The notes below the pieces were generated by a model. That model did no database searches, had not been told where the DNA came from, and saw only the letters and a program-made list of their open reading frames with translations. Both the position numbers and the translations under genes were made by a program. Shown here piece after piece: positions 8,847 to 18,566 of a stretch of DNA of 64,000 nt (its first letter is position 1; each line of letters starts with the position of its first letter). The stretch comes from an uncultured Chloroflexia bacterium (GTDB taxonomy: Bacteria > Chloroflexota > Chloroflexia > QHBQ01 > JADMIH01). Location: the NCBI GenBank assembly GCA_963797095.1, contig CAWCNY010000007.1, positions 1 through 64,000 of the forward strand, written 5' to 3'.

Positions 8847-10913
8847 TTATTTTAGCCTCTTCTTTTTGCTCGCCACATAGTCCACCAGGATATACTCGCC
8901 GAGGGCTTCGGGGGTGGCGTAGAAGGCGCGGCCTTTGTTGATCTTGGTCATTTGCTCCACGAAGTCGGCCATATAGTAGCTGCGCTCAAGCATGAAGGTA
9001 TTGATCACGATGCGGTCGCGGGTGCAGCGTACCACCTCGCGCAAGGTCTCCTGGATGGTGCGGAAGGTTGGCGGATAGTTGAAGAAGACATCGCCATCTT
9101 CGAGGTGGGCGGTCGGCTCGCCGTCGGTGACCACGATCACTTGCTTGTTGGGGCTGTTGCGCCTGCCAAGCAGCTGGCGAGAGAGCATGAGGGCGTGCTG
9201 GAGGTTGGTGCCGTACTGGTACTCGCTCCAATCGAGCTGAGGGAGCATCTCGGGTTTTAGCTCGCGGGCGAGGCCGGAGAAGCCGACTATGTAAAGATCA
9301 TCCTTTGGGAACTGGGAGCGAATCAGGTGGTTGAGGGCGAGGGCGACCTTCTTGGCGGCCAGGAAGCAGCCGCGCAGCAGCATCGAGCGGCTCATGTCGA
9401 TCAGGAGGACGGTGGAACTCTGGGTCATGTACTCGGTCGAGTAAACCTCGAAATCAGGAGGCTCTAATTTGACGGGCGTGCCGACGCCGGTGCGGGCCAG
9501 GGCGTTGCCGAGGGTGGCGCGCAGATCGAGGTGGAACGGGTCGCCGAACTCATAGGCTTTAGAGTCGTAGGTGCGCTCACCGCCCCTACCGCGAGTGCTG
9601 ATGGCGTGCTTGCCGAAGGCGTCGCGCTTGAGGTAAGCGAAAATATCCTGGAGGGCTTTTTGCCCAAGCTTGCGGGTGGCGCGGGGGGTTAGCTGCATTT
9701 CGGCACCCTTCCACTCCAGGTAGCCTGCTTCTTCAAGCTGGCGGGCAAGCTCACGTAGTTGGTCGAGGGCTTGCTGGGCGTCAGAGCCCAATAGCTCAGC
9801 CACCTTGTCACGGTCTATGTCCTCGATGCTTTCGCCACGGCGGGCAGCGTTCAGGTCGCGCTCAAGCTTCTCCAGTTCGTCCAGTTGCTCCATGATCTGC
9901 ATGGCTTCGGACATAGAGAGCGATTCGTCGGGGTCGCCGGAGAAGCGATACTGTCGGCCTGAGTGCATCGGCATAAGAGCGCCGAGGTTTTCGGCAAGTT
10001 CCTGCATCTCGGCCTGAAGCCCGGCATCCTGCATGAGACCCTGCATCATGCCCTGAAGCTGGGCGCGCTGCTGGGGCGACATCGACTCGAGCATGTTTTC
10101 CATGCGCTGCATCTGGTCGCGCAGGTGCTCCAATAGCTGGTCGATGTTCTCGATACCGGGCGGGAAGTGGTGGCCGTGCTTCTGCATGAACTCGTTGAAA
10201 TGGGGGTCGCGACCCTCCTGGTGGGCGCGAAGCATCTGGTTGAGATCGCGCAGCATCTCGCGGGTGGCTTCCATAGCCTGGGGGTTGGACTGCATCTGCT
10301 GCATGCTCTCTTGCAGGCCGGAGAAGGTGTTCTGGACCATCTGCTGTTCGAGCATATTCATGAGGTCCTGGAACTGCTGGCGGGCATCGGGGTCCATAAA
10401 GTCGTATTCTTTTAGACCCTTGATCTGCCCTGAGAGGTCGGGAGGAAGGTTGTCTAATTGCTCTTTGCGGCGGGCGGCCATGCTTTCGAGCATCTTCTGA
10501 AAGGCCTGCTGCTCTGCCGCCGATGGATGACTTTCGGAGGACGAAGGATCCTGTTCGCTTGCGTTACCTTCGTCCATCGCCTTTCGTCCTTCGTCCACTT
10601 TGCGGTCGATGCCTGCGCGCTCGGTCTCTTTGATCTTTTCGAGGCGCTCGCGGATGTCGTTGACCACGGCGTCCATATTGTGGCGGCGCAGGGTCTCCTG
10701 GCGGGATTGCTTGAGGCGGTCGAGGAGGTCGCGGAGGCCGGGCATGCGCTCGCCCGTCTGGAAGCGATAGCCCTGCTGCATCAGCTTTTCTAGGGCGCGG
10801 TTGATATCGCCGTGAGCGAGGATGTCTTCGGAGATGGCATCCATGATGGCTTCGGCGTCAAAGGGCATTATCTGCTGGCTACCGTCCCAGCGGGAATAGC
10901 GGAAAGAAAACAT
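8847..10913 (-). CDS. VWA domain-containing protein (coiled-coil N-terminus, YSRWDG start; Rv0959-like)
   Basis: MFSFRYSRWDGSQ; MIDAS DMSRSM, GTNLQHAL, VVTDGEPTAH. Confidence 0.88.
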   Translation of the reverse strand: MFSFRYSRWDGSQQIMPFDAEAIMDAISEDILAHGDINRALEKLMQQGYRFQTGERMPGLRDLLDRLKQSRQETLRRHNMDAVVNDIRERLEKIKETERAGIDRKVDEGRKAMDEGNASEQDPSSSESHPSAAEQQAFQKMLESMAARRKEQLDNLPPDLSGQIKGLKEYDFMDPDARQQFQDLMNMLEQQMVQNTFSGLQESMQQMQSNPQAMEATREMLRDLNQMLRAHQEGRDPHFNEFMQKHGHHFPPGIENIDQLLEHLRDQMQRMENMLESMSPQQRAQLQGMMQGLMQDAGLQAEMQELAENLGALMPMHSGRQYRFSGDPDESLSMSEAMQIMEQLDELEKLERDLNAARRGESIEDIDRDKVAELLGSDAQQALDQLRELARQLEEAGYLEWKGAEMQLTPRATRKLGQKALQDIFAYLKRDAFGKHAISTRGRGGERTYDSKAYEFGDPFHLDLRATLGNALARTGVGTPVKLEPPDFEVYSTEYMTQSSTVLLIDMSRSMLLRGCFLAAKKVALALNHLIRSQFPKDDLYIVGFSGLARELKPEMLPQLDWSEYQYGTNLQHALMLSRQLLGRRNSPNKQVIVVTDGEPTAHLEDGDVFFNYPPTFRTIQETLREVVRCTRDRIVINTFMLERSYYMADFVEQMTKINKGRAFYATPEALGEYILVDYVASKKKRLK

Positions 10914-11025
10914 AACGATTCTCCAATGTGCGGACCCGGTTTTATTCGCCGCAGAGGCGCAAAGAACGTGGAGGTTCGCGGAAGTCTATTTGCGGGGATT
11001 ATGAATAAGGAGAGCGTGCGGCCTT

Positions 11026-11994
11026 TTATGAAATATTGCTGTGAGTGGTGGCAAGTTCTTTCTTTTCGTGTGGGAAAGCTTCTTCGCTGTGGCCGTTGCG
11101 GCCTTTGGTGTGTGGCCCCTGATCCTTAGTATAGTCTTTATCCCAGATGCGCTGCAATACCACCCACTGGTCGGGGGCTTTGAGGATGTAGGTTTCGAGG
11201 ATGCGGGCGACCTTGCACATATTGATGCGAACGTCTACTTCGCGGTCACCTGTGCGCTCCAGGGTTATGGGATCGTCGAGGATGACGACGGAGGTGTTGT
11301 CGGGGAGGCGGAGAGTGTAGCCCGGGAGGAGGACCGCGCCTGTGCGAAGGGCGAGGGCCACAGCGCCCTGGGGCATGTCGGCGGGGGCATCGAAGAAGGG
11401 GACGGGCATGCCTTCGTTGGTGACATCGCGATCTATGGCGAGCATGAGGACTTCGTTGTTGCGGAGGAGCTTGTAGATAGTGCGGACCTCGGAGCTGCCC
11501 ATTTTGAGCATCTTGAGGCCGAAGTGGCCGCGCAGCTTGTTCACATAGTCGTACAGTTTGGGAGGCTCTATATCTTCGGCGACGACGGAGACGTTGTAGT
11601 CGCGGGCGGCGGCAAGCTGGGCCACGATGCTGAAGTTGCCTATGTGGCCGCTGATGATGATCACGCCTTTGCCCGATTTTAGAGCTTCATCTATGTGCTC
11701 GATGCCATGAATAGTGATGGTACGTTCAAGGTCGGCGGCGGACATGGTGGGGATGCGGATCACGTCGTAGTAGTTCTTGACGACGTTGCGGATGATGCGG
11801 CGGGCGAGGACGCGCTTGAGGCGGCGGGAGGACTTGGGGAGGACGTGGCGCACGTTATCGAGTACATCGTCGCGCACGCTATGGTTGAGGGTGAAGATGA
11901 TACCACCTATAAGAGAGCACAGCCAGTAGGCCAGGCGTAGAGGCACAAACCTGACAACGACGGAGGCTATGCGGAGCAGGTAGTAAGTTTTCAT
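11026..11994 (-). CDS. Lysophospholipid acyltransferase family (LpxL/PatA-like)
   Basis: GKGVIIISGHIGNFS, LAIDRD, VPFF..PA.MPQGAVALA.RTGA, PDQWVV. Confidence 0.85.
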   Translation of the reverse strand: MKTYYLLRIASVVVRFVPLRLAYWLCSLIGGIIFTLNHSVRDDVLDNVRHVLPKSSRRLKRVLARRIIRNVVKNYYDVIRIPTMSAADLERTITIHGIEHIDEALKSGKGVIIISGHIGNFSIVAQLAAARDYNVSVVAEDIEPPKLYDYVNKLRGHFGLKMLKMGSSEVRTIYKLLRNNEVLMLAIDRDVTNEGMPVPFFDAPADMPQGAVALALRTGAVLLPGYTLRLPDNTSVVILDDPITLERTGDREVDVRINMCKVARILETYILKAPDQWVVLQRIWDKDYTKDQGPHTKGRNGHSEEAFPHEKKELATTHSNIS

Positions 11995-12107
11995 GATCGC
12001 GGACTTGGGGTGTTGGTACGATCCTCTGCCTGATTATATCATGCTATGGGAAATGAGCCATATAACCTATTGCGTTTCTCGAGGATGCACCCTAAGATTG
12101 GAGGGAA

Positions 12108-12980
12108 GTGCGCGGTCAGGATGTGGCGCGGATGGGAACTCCCTCCAAACGAATCAGAACCGGTCGTATTGAGGCATTGCCGTTTGTGGCAATGGTTTCG
12201 GCTGTGGTCGTTGTGCTGTTGTTTGCAGTAGCTTCGTGTGATTCGTCGCCAACAAGATATGCGGCCGGTGTTGATACAAACACGAGTATCGCTTCGCCGG
12301 TAACGCCTACAAGCCGCGTTATGCCGCAGATGCGGCCAACCTCCCAATCCACGGAGACAAGGCCCCTGTTGGCTACTATGGAGCGTACTCTGATACCGGG
12401 CACACAAGCTCCTACCAGGGAAGGACAAACAAGAACTCCTGTATATGCGCCTACACGTGGGCTTGGGGCTCCCAATCTTAAGACTGCTGCGGACACACGA
12501 GTAGCGCAGAACCAGGCGACCAGATGGGCCGCTCTCGCATTAACCCCCTCCAGCACTCCAGGGTCGCCAACTGCAACTTACACCCCGGCGCCTACTGCCA
12601 CAGAAATCATTGGCTTCCTGTATTGTGGAGGAGCAAGAAACTCGGGTGACCCTCAATATGGAAGTTGCTGGCAGTTGACAATGAACGGACAACTCTACCT
12701 TGTCAGAGCCGGGCGTTGGGGAACCTATGGTGACCTGGGGGAGGGCATTCTCACGGTCAGCGTATTCGGCCCTGACAATCGGTACCATGATATTGGGACT
12801 TATCTGACACCATACAGGCAGGGGCCTGTGGAGATAGCCGCTCTTGACGGCACGAGGGTGTATCTGGATCGCTGGGCTGAACCTCAGCCACCGGGCATAA
12901 ATTGGCAACAGCAGGTAACACCTGTCCCCAATTTCGTGTTTGTGTTCGACCTGGCAACTTTGCAGTGGGTCAGCCCTTAG
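12108..12980 (+). CDS. Hypothetical lipoprotein (true start probably downstream of the ORF-track start)
   Basis: Hydrophobic stretch ending in lipobox-like LFAVASC; Thr/Pro-rich stalk; beta-rich C-terminal domain with two Cys. Confidence 0.6.
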   Translation: MRGQDVARMGTPSKRIRTGRIEALPFVAMVSAVVVVLLFAVASCDSSPTRYAAGVDTNTSIASPVTPTSRVMPQMRPTSQSTETRPLLATMERTLIPGTQAPTREGQTRTPVYAPTRGLGAPNLKTAADTRVAQNQATRWAALALTPSSTPGSPTATYTPAPTATEIIGFLYCGGARNSGDPQYGSCWQLTMNGQLYLVRAGRWGTYGDLGEGILTVSVFGPDNRYHDIGTYLTPYRQGPVEIAALDGTRVYLDRWAEPQPPGINWQQQVTPVPNFVFVFDLATLQWVSP

Positions 12981-13115
12981 CTGCCTTAACGAAACCTGAG
13001 GCATCCCGAATTTTAGGTTTCATGCATAAAACAGATTGGTAACAACCAAAGGCCCCTCCCCAACCCCTCCCCGGGATGCCGCATATTACATTTCCGGGCT
13101 GAGTAGCAACGTGGC

Positions 13116-14105
13116 CTAGCTTGCCATTTCTACTTTGCGCTTGCCGCCCCAGAAACGCTTCTGGCGCACTTCGGCGTCGTGGGATTCGGTGCGGGGCCAC
13201 ATCTCGCGGAACATGTACCATTGGTCGGGGTACTTGCGGATCACACCTTCCATCTGGGTGACTATGGCCTGGGTGATCGCCTGGATATCGTGCTGTTTGT
13301 CGCCGGTCAGGAGGGATTGGTATTCGATTGGAGGCTCTACCACGCCCATGAAGGTCTTGTTGCCGGGCCTGCGCACGCAGTAGCCGATCACGACGGAGGC
13401 CCCGGTTTTGAGGGCGATGGCGGCGGGGCCCGCCGGGAGGTAGGCGGTTTCACCGAAGAAGTGGACGGGCACGCCCTCGGAGGGGTCTTCGGGCCTGTCG
13501 AAGAGGATGGTAACGGCCTCGTTGTGTTTGAGGGCGGTGAAGATCTGGCGGAGGGAGTTGGTTTCAAGGCGGATGATCTTCATACCCACCTTTTCGCGGG
13601 TGCCGTTCACAAGGTCGTCCATCTTTTTCGGCTCGTGGGTCTCGGAGACGGCATTGAGGGGGATGCCGTAGCTAACGAAAAGACCACCCGCCAGGTCCCA
13701 GTTGCCGATATGGCCCGTGATCACAAGCACGCCCTTGCCGCGCTCCCTGGCCTCGAAGAGGTGGTTGACGCCCTCGCGGATGGGAACGGCCTTGCTGACG
13801 TCGTGTGGGTCGAGGTGGGGGAAGCGCAGGAAGTCGACGATGGTCATCGCGTAGTTGCGAAAGGACCGGCGGGCGGTGTGCTTGACCGTCTGCCATGAGG
13901 CGTCGGGGCCGAGCACGCGCCGCATATTGCTGACGGCGTTGGCCGAGTGGCGCTTCCAGGTAAGGTAGATGAGGTCGCCGATCCAGTTGCCGACCCTGTA
14001 GGTTATGCGGCGTGGTGTGTGAGCCGATACCCAGCTAACGCTGCGAAACAGGTAGTATTTGAAGTTCACCCAGACAGTATGGACCGCCTCTTGCAGGAAG
14101 CTCAT
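13116..14105 (-). CDS. Lysophospholipid acyltransferase family (PatA/LpxL-like)
   Basis: Start moved to ATG 14105 (CAGGAG SD upstream); GKGVLVITGHIGNWD, ILFDRP, PVHFFGETAYLPAGPAAIALKTGA, PDQWYMF. Confidence 0.88.
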   Translation of the reverse strand: MSFLQEAVHTVWVNFKYYLFRSVSWVSAHTPRRITYRVGNWIGDLIYLTWKRHSANAVSNMRRVLGPDASWQTVKHTARRSFRNYAMTIVDFLRFPHLDPHDVSKAVPIREGVNHLFEARERGKGVLVITGHIGNWDLAGGLFVSYGIPLNAVSETHEPKKMDDLVNGTREKVGMKIIRLETNSLRQIFTALKHNEAVTILFDRPEDPSEGVPVHFFGETAYLPAGPAAIALKTGASVVIGYCVRRPGNKTFMGVVEPPIEYQSLLTGDKQHDIQAITQAIVTQMEGVIRKYPDQWYMFREMWPRTESHDAEVRQKRFWGGKRKVEMAS

Positions 14106-14115
14106 TATGTTCTCC

Positions 14116-14232
14116 TGAAACGTGATACGTGATTTGTGAGGGCGAGTGGCGAGTGGCGAGTGGCGAGTGTAGATTACGCAGTATGCAGTATGCAATAGTT
14201 CACGTATCACGTTTCACGTTTCACGTATTACG
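14116..14232. repeat. Nested heptamer arrays with 17-bp inverted arms
   Basis: TGAAACGTGATACGTGA (14116-14132) and TCACGTATCACGTTTCA (14200-14216); the interior holds (GGCGAGT)4 and (GCAGTAT)2. Confidence 0.9.
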
Positions 14233-14234
14233 CT

Positions 14235-15452
14235 CTACTTCCGTCCGTTGGTTGAGACGGACGGCGCTACCTCTGTCGGCACGGCGGGGATGCTCTCGGA
14301 GGTGGGGGTTGTGGGCGGTTGGGAGACCGTTTCGGCCAGTTCTGCCATGTGCTCTTCGGCTTTGCTGCGGGTAGGAGCGTAGCGGATAATGAACTCCTCT
14401 ACGGCATCGTGGGCCTCGTCGTCGGTGTACTGCACGGGCGGGCTTTTCATGAAGTAGGAGGAAGGTCCTTCCAGCGCACCGCTTAAGCCGTTGTCGAGGG
14501 CCAGCTTGAGGCAGCGGATCGCATCGATCACAACGCCAGCGCTGTTGGGGCTGTCCCACACTTCGAGCTTTAGCTCCATATTGAGGGGCACATCGCCGAA
14601 GGTCGTGCCTTCGATGCGGATGTGGCACCACTTGCGGTCTTCGAGCCAGGGCACGTAGTCGCTGGGGCCAACGTGTACGTTCTGCTCGCCCAGGTCGTAG
14701 TCAAGCTGCGAGGTGACGGCGTTGGTCTTGCTGATCTTCTTCAATTCGAGCCGGCTGCGCTCAAGCATGTTGTAGAAGTCCATGTTACCGCCGAAGTTGA
14801 GCTGGTAGGTGCGGTCGATCTTGACGCCGCGCTCGCGGAAGAGGCGGGTGAGCACGCGGTGGGTGATGGTCGCGCCGACCTGGCTCTTGATATCGTCGCC
14901 GATGATGGGCAGACCTTTGTCCTCGAAGCGCTTGCGCCAGTAATCTTCGCGGGCGATGAAGACCGGAATGCAGTTGATGAAGCCAACGCCAGCCTCCAAA
15001 GCCTGCTCGACATACCACTTGGTAGCCATCTCGCTGCCGACCGGCAGATAGTTGATGATCAGGTCGGTCTTGGTCTCGCGCAGGACGTTGACAATATCGG
15101 CGGTCTGGCCGGGGGCCTTCTCGATCACCTGGGAGAGATACTGGCCCAGACCATCGTGGGTCATGCCGCGCATGACAGGCACGCCGAGGTTGGGTACATC
15201 GCTGAACTTGAAGGTGTTGTTAGGCTTGGTGAAGATAGCTTCGGAGAGGTCTTTGCCAACCTTGTTCTTGTCGATGTCGAAGGCAGCGCTAAACTCGATG
15301 TCGCTTATGTGATAGCCGCCGAGGCGCGTGTGCATGAGGCCTGGGATAAACTGGTCGTCTGGGGCGTCCCTGTAGTATTGTACGCCCTGGACGAGGGATG
15401 AAGCGCAGTTACCCACGCCGATAATTGCAACCCGGATCTTCTTTTTAGCCAT
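14235..15452 (-). CDS. ino1: myo-inositol-1(3)-phosphate synthase
   Basis: [69 protein letters not shown]; SD AAGGAG. Confidence 0.95.
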   Translation of the reverse strand: MAKKKIRVAIIGVGNCASSLVQGVQYYRDAPDDQFIPGLMHTRLGGYHISDIEFSAAFDIDKNKVGKDLSEAIFTKPNNTFKFSDVPNLGVPVMRGMTHDGLGQYLSQVIEKAPGQTADIVNVLRETKTDLIINYLPVGSEMATKWYVEQALEAGVGFINCIPVFIAREDYWRKRFEDKGLPIIGDDIKSQVGATITHRVLTRLFRERGVKIDRTYQLNFGGNMDFYNMLERSRLELKKISKTNAVTSQLDYDLGEQNVHVGPSDYVPWLEDRKWCHIRIEGTTFGDVPLNMELKLEVWDSPNSAGVVIDAIRCLKLALDNGLSGALEGPSSYFMKSPPVQYTDDEAHDAVEEFIIRYAPTRSKAEEHMAELAETVSQPPTTPTSESIPAVPTEVAPSVSTNGRK

Positions 15453-15474
15453 TGGTGTTGTTGTCTCCTTTTGG

Positions 15475-15627
15475 AAGTTCCAAGTTCCTGGTTCCTGGTT
15501 TTTGGTTCCTGGTTTTTGGTTCCTGGTTTTTGGTTCCTGGTTTTTGGTTCCTGGTTTTTGGTTCCTGGTTTTTGGTTCCTGGTTTCTGAAGGTTCATAGC
15601 AACTTAGGAACTTGGAACTTGGAACTA
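15475..15627. repeat. Heptamer array (GTTCCTG/GTTTTTG, 15 units) bracketed by 15-bp inverted arms
   Basis: AAGTTCCAAGTTCCT (15475-15489) and AGGAACTTGGAACTT (15606-15620); six exact 14-mers inside. Confidence 0.92.
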
Positions 15628-16017
15628 AAGGTCAGTTACCCACTGGAATAAGTCCCGATATTCCTGCAACCGTTCGCGGTTGAGGCGATAGATGCGCTGG
15701 CGGCCCTGGTTGGTGGGTGCGACCAGGCGGGCGCGCTTCAGGATGTGGAGATGCCACGAGGTGAGGGGCTGGCTGAGGACGAGGCGGTCGGAGAGGTCGA
15801 GGACGCTCAAGCCGTCTTCGCTTGCCAATTCCTGAAGGATGGCAAGGCGGTTGACGTCTGCTATTGCCTTGAGGAAAGCCTTAAGGACGCGCATGGCAGC
15901 GGCCTGCTCATCCGTGAGGATGGGCGGCACATATTCTTCCACCTTGCGGCGTGGGTGTGCGCTCCTGTCAGACTCCTGCTGGACTCCGCCGACCGATGAT
16001 GATAAACCTCTATCCAA
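15625..16017 (-). CDS. ArsR/SmtB family transcriptional regulator
   Basis: FLKAIADVNRLAILQEL...SVLDLSDRLVLSQPLTSWHLHILKRARLV...GRQRIYRLN. Confidence 0.88.
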   Translation of the reverse strand: MDRGLSSSVGGVQQESDRSAHPRRKVEEYVPPILTDEQAAAMRVLKAFLKAIADVNRLAILQELASEDGLSVLDLSDRLVLSQPLTSWHLHILKRARLVAPTNQGRQRIYRLNRERLQEYRDLFQWVTDL

Positions 16018-16178
16018 ACCTCATGACTCCTATCTCAGGCATTTCCCGAAGGCCCCATATAAAGGACCTTTTATATAGTAAACCATTTATATGTCGTTGT
16101 CAAGGCGGGATGAGCCCGCATTCTGCATTAGCAAAAACGGTCCAAACTGCGTAGGCGAGATTACCATAGATTACGTAT

Positions 16179-17300
16179 ATGATGTGCGCGAGCGAGGATT
16201 ATAATGACCGCGTGAACGCGCTGCCCTTCTCAACGTTTGGTAGTAAGACGGTGTTGTCCGTGTTGCTATTCATAGCGATTACCCCCTGGATGCTCATTGG
16301 TGCGCCTACGAGCATGGGCCAAATCCTGATGCAGCCGCCTTTGCAGGCAGCGGGCGGAAGCCGTTATTTCACGCAGACGGGGAAGACCGTATCGGGCGCA
16401 TTTCTGGCAGCATTCGACAGGTATGGGCTGGAGCGAACGGGCTGGCCTCTCAGCGACGAGATGGTAGAGGACGGGATGCGGGTGCAGTATTTTGAGCGGG
16501 TGAGGATGGAGTACCACCCTGAGATGGCGAGCAAGGGTAATTCGATTGAATTGACCAGGCTGGGAGCGGAGTTTGTGGCCCAGAGGCAAACGGCAGCGGT
16601 CAAGCCGTTCGCCAGCAGCAAAAGTAAGGCTTATTTCAGGGAAACGGGGCATTCGCTGGCGGATCCGTTCCTCCAATTCTGGCGAGATCATGGGGCAGTA
16701 GAGGTGTTCGGATATCCGATTTCGGAGCCGGTGTGGGAAGACGGTTTGAAGGTCCAGTGGTTCGAGCGCGCGCGCATGGAATATCACCCGGAGATGGCGA
16801 GCAAGGGCTGGGGCGTGCAACTGACCCGGTTGGGCGACCTGGCGCTGAGCAGGTTGAGAGGGGCACCAAGGGGGAACCTAATCAATCAAAGTCTCCAACC
16901 TTCAGATAATGAAAAGACGCTGCTGGACCTGATTAATGCAGAACGAGCGAAGGCGGGAGCCGGGCAGATAGCTTATTTGCCGGAGCTGGAAGAGGTGGCA
17001 CGGAGCCGCAGCAGCGATATGGCGGCACGCAACTACTTTGCGCACACCACGCCTGATGGGCTGAACGTGTTCGATATGCTGCGCTGGCGCAACATCGCGT
17101 TCGCATATGCAGGCGAGATCATTTCGAAGAGTATGAATGTGGAGGACGACCAGACGGCGCAGGTGGCGCTTCAAGCGTTCTTAAGTAGCTCAGGCCACAA
17201 GGCGATTATGCTCGACGGCCGGTATAAATTTGCGGGCGTTGGATATGCGCGTACCGCTGACGAGGTGAGCTATTTCACGGTAGTGTTTGTGCAGAGGTAA
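16179..17300 (+). CDS. Secreted CAP (SCP) domain protein with two N-terminal Chloroflexota-type surface modules; start uncertain
   Basis: YFTQTGKTV..GWPLS..VQYFERVRMEYHPE twice; LINAERAKAG, ARSRSSDMAARNYFAHTTPDG, GEII, SSGHKAIMLD, GVGY. Confidence 0.85.
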   Translation: MMCASEDYNDRVNALPFSTFGSKTVLSVLLFIAITPWMLIGAPTSMGQILMQPPLQAAGGSRYFTQTGKTVSGAFLAAFDRYGLERTGWPLSDEMVEDGMRVQYFERVRMEYHPEMASKGNSIELTRLGAEFVAQRQTAAVKPFASSKSKAYFRETGHSLADPFLQFWRDHGAVEVFGYPISEPVWEDGLKVQWFERARMEYHPEMASKGWGVQLTRLGDLALSRLRGAPRGNLINQSLQPSDNEKTLLDLINAERAKAGAGQIAYLPELEEVARSRSSDMAARNYFAHTTPDGLNVFDMLRWRNIAFAYAGEIISKSMNVEDDQTAQVALQAFLSSSGHKAIMLDGRYKFAGVGYARTADEVSYFTVVFVQR

Positions 17301-17326
17301 GCTGGCGATAAAGAGGGAATCGCCTG

Positions 17327-18448
17327 CTATTTGAGTTTCAGCTCGACAATGCGGATCTCGCCTTCGAGGGCGGCGGTAGGGTGGTAGTAAGTGATGTAGA
17401 TTGTCTTGCCGCCGTCCCTGGCAAGCTCAGGATGTTCATAAGCGCTGTAGTCCCGGTCCTGAACTGAGGAGGTTTGGCCTGTGAAGGCTTCAACAGGATC
17501 GGACCAGGGGCCTTCGGGGGCGGGGGCGGAGCGCAAGAATACTTTATTGGAAGCGATGTCCGAGTAGGTCGCCAGGTAGCTCCCAATGTAGGGATTCCAG
17601 GAAACGGTGAGGCCGCCGGCTGGTCCGTGAAGGACTACGGCGGCCTTATTTATATCTTGGACCCAATCTTTGCCGTCCCAGAAGGTGTAGACTGAGCGCC
17701 CTATCACGTTATCTACGGGGGCGCTGGCTATCTTGCATTCTGAATCGAGGGCGCTCACCGGCGTACAGGCATAGATATTAAGATAGCTACCTGACACCAG
17801 CGCACCCTGGCCGAATAGAGGGTCGGGCGATTCAAAAAGAAGATCGGGTTCGCGAGTGGCAATGGTCGCGTCCCGGTCGATCTGTGCCTGGCCCGAGCCT
17901 ATGAAATTGAGACCTCCAGGCTCGATCAGCAGTTTGGAATAGAAGATCAGGCCGGTGCCGTCGCGCTGGCGAACCACGGAGGACGGCCAGAGAGCATAGC
18001 GGTCGTCGTCTTTGTCACCGTGGGTTTTGTTGTAGTCCAACTCCTCCTGGTTATATGGAAGGAAGGGCAGAGGCGCGCCCGTCGTGTCGAGGTTGATGGT
18101 ATCAGTTGGGCTTATGACGAAAGGAGTTGTAATGAGGGCGAGAGATGCGGAGTTGGAGATGCTGCTGAGGCCCTGCTCGTCGGGTTTTGTGAGAATGGTG
18201 TCACCGAAGAGCCAGAGTACATTGCTGCCGATGAAAGCGGAGATACCGCCGTCGCGGGTGCGGACGGAAGGGGGGTTCCCGAGCACTCCGAGGTCCTGAA
18301 CCAATTCGACGGCGAGGCCGCCTGGGACGTGGGTTGGCAGGGGCGGAGGAACGGTGGGAGCGGGCGTGAGACTGGGCCCGGAATCGCAGGCAGCGACGAG
18401 TAGAACGAGCGCAAGTGCTATCAAAGTAAGACCGGGTTTCCGGGGCAT
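17327..18448 (-). CDS. DUF4185-like lipoprotein (putative beta-propeller glycosidase)
   Basis: Lipobox LVAAC; RDGG.S, WLFGDT, VSWNPY.G.YLATY, LRSAPAPEGPWS, YSAYEHPEL; SD GAGGAGG. Confidence 0.7.
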   Translation of the reverse strand: MPRKPGLTLIALALVLLVAACDSGPSLTPAPTVPPPLPTHVPGGLAVELVQDLGVLGNPPSVRTRDGGISAFIGSNVLWLFGDTILTKPDEQGLSSISNSASLALITTPFVISPTDTINLDTTGAPLPFLPYNQEELDYNKTHGDKDDDRYALWPSSVVRQRDGTGLIFYSKLLIEPGGLNFIGSGQAQIDRDATIATREPDLLFESPDPLFGQGALVSGSYLNIYACTPVSALDSECKIASAPVDNVIGRSVYTFWDGKDWVQDINKAAVVLHGPAGGLTVSWNPYIGSYLATYSDIASNKVFLRSAPAPEGPWSDPVEAFTGQTSSVQDRDYSAYEHPELARDGGKTIYITYYHPTAALEGEIRIVELKLK

Positions 18449-18495
18449 TGAGCCTCCTCAAGAAAGCGCAGGTGGGATCTAGTGTAATGGAATTG

Positions 18496-18510
18496 TGTGC
18501 ACATTGCACA
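18496..18510. promoter_or_regulatory. Palindromic candidate operator TGTGCA-cat-TGCACA
   Basis: Perfect 6-3-6 inverted repeat in the divergent intergenic region upstream of the PucR-type HTH/mod operon. Confidence 0.45.
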
Positions 18511-18566
18511 TACGAGGAGGTTTCCGCTATGGTAGAAAGACTCTATGTGCGGATAAGGCGGGAGTT

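Noticed and set aside
7241-10913. PLD plus VWA as an anti-phage defence module
   Set aside because: No helicase, methylase, kinase or ATPase partner; host-like composition and a lipid-metabolism context.
14106-14210. Extended N-termini given by the ORF track (13116..14210, also 50381..51175, 46373..47473, 57171..57869, 47536..49242)
   Set aside because: The extensions translate repeats, terminators or promoters; downstream starts have better SD, promoter or family-start support.
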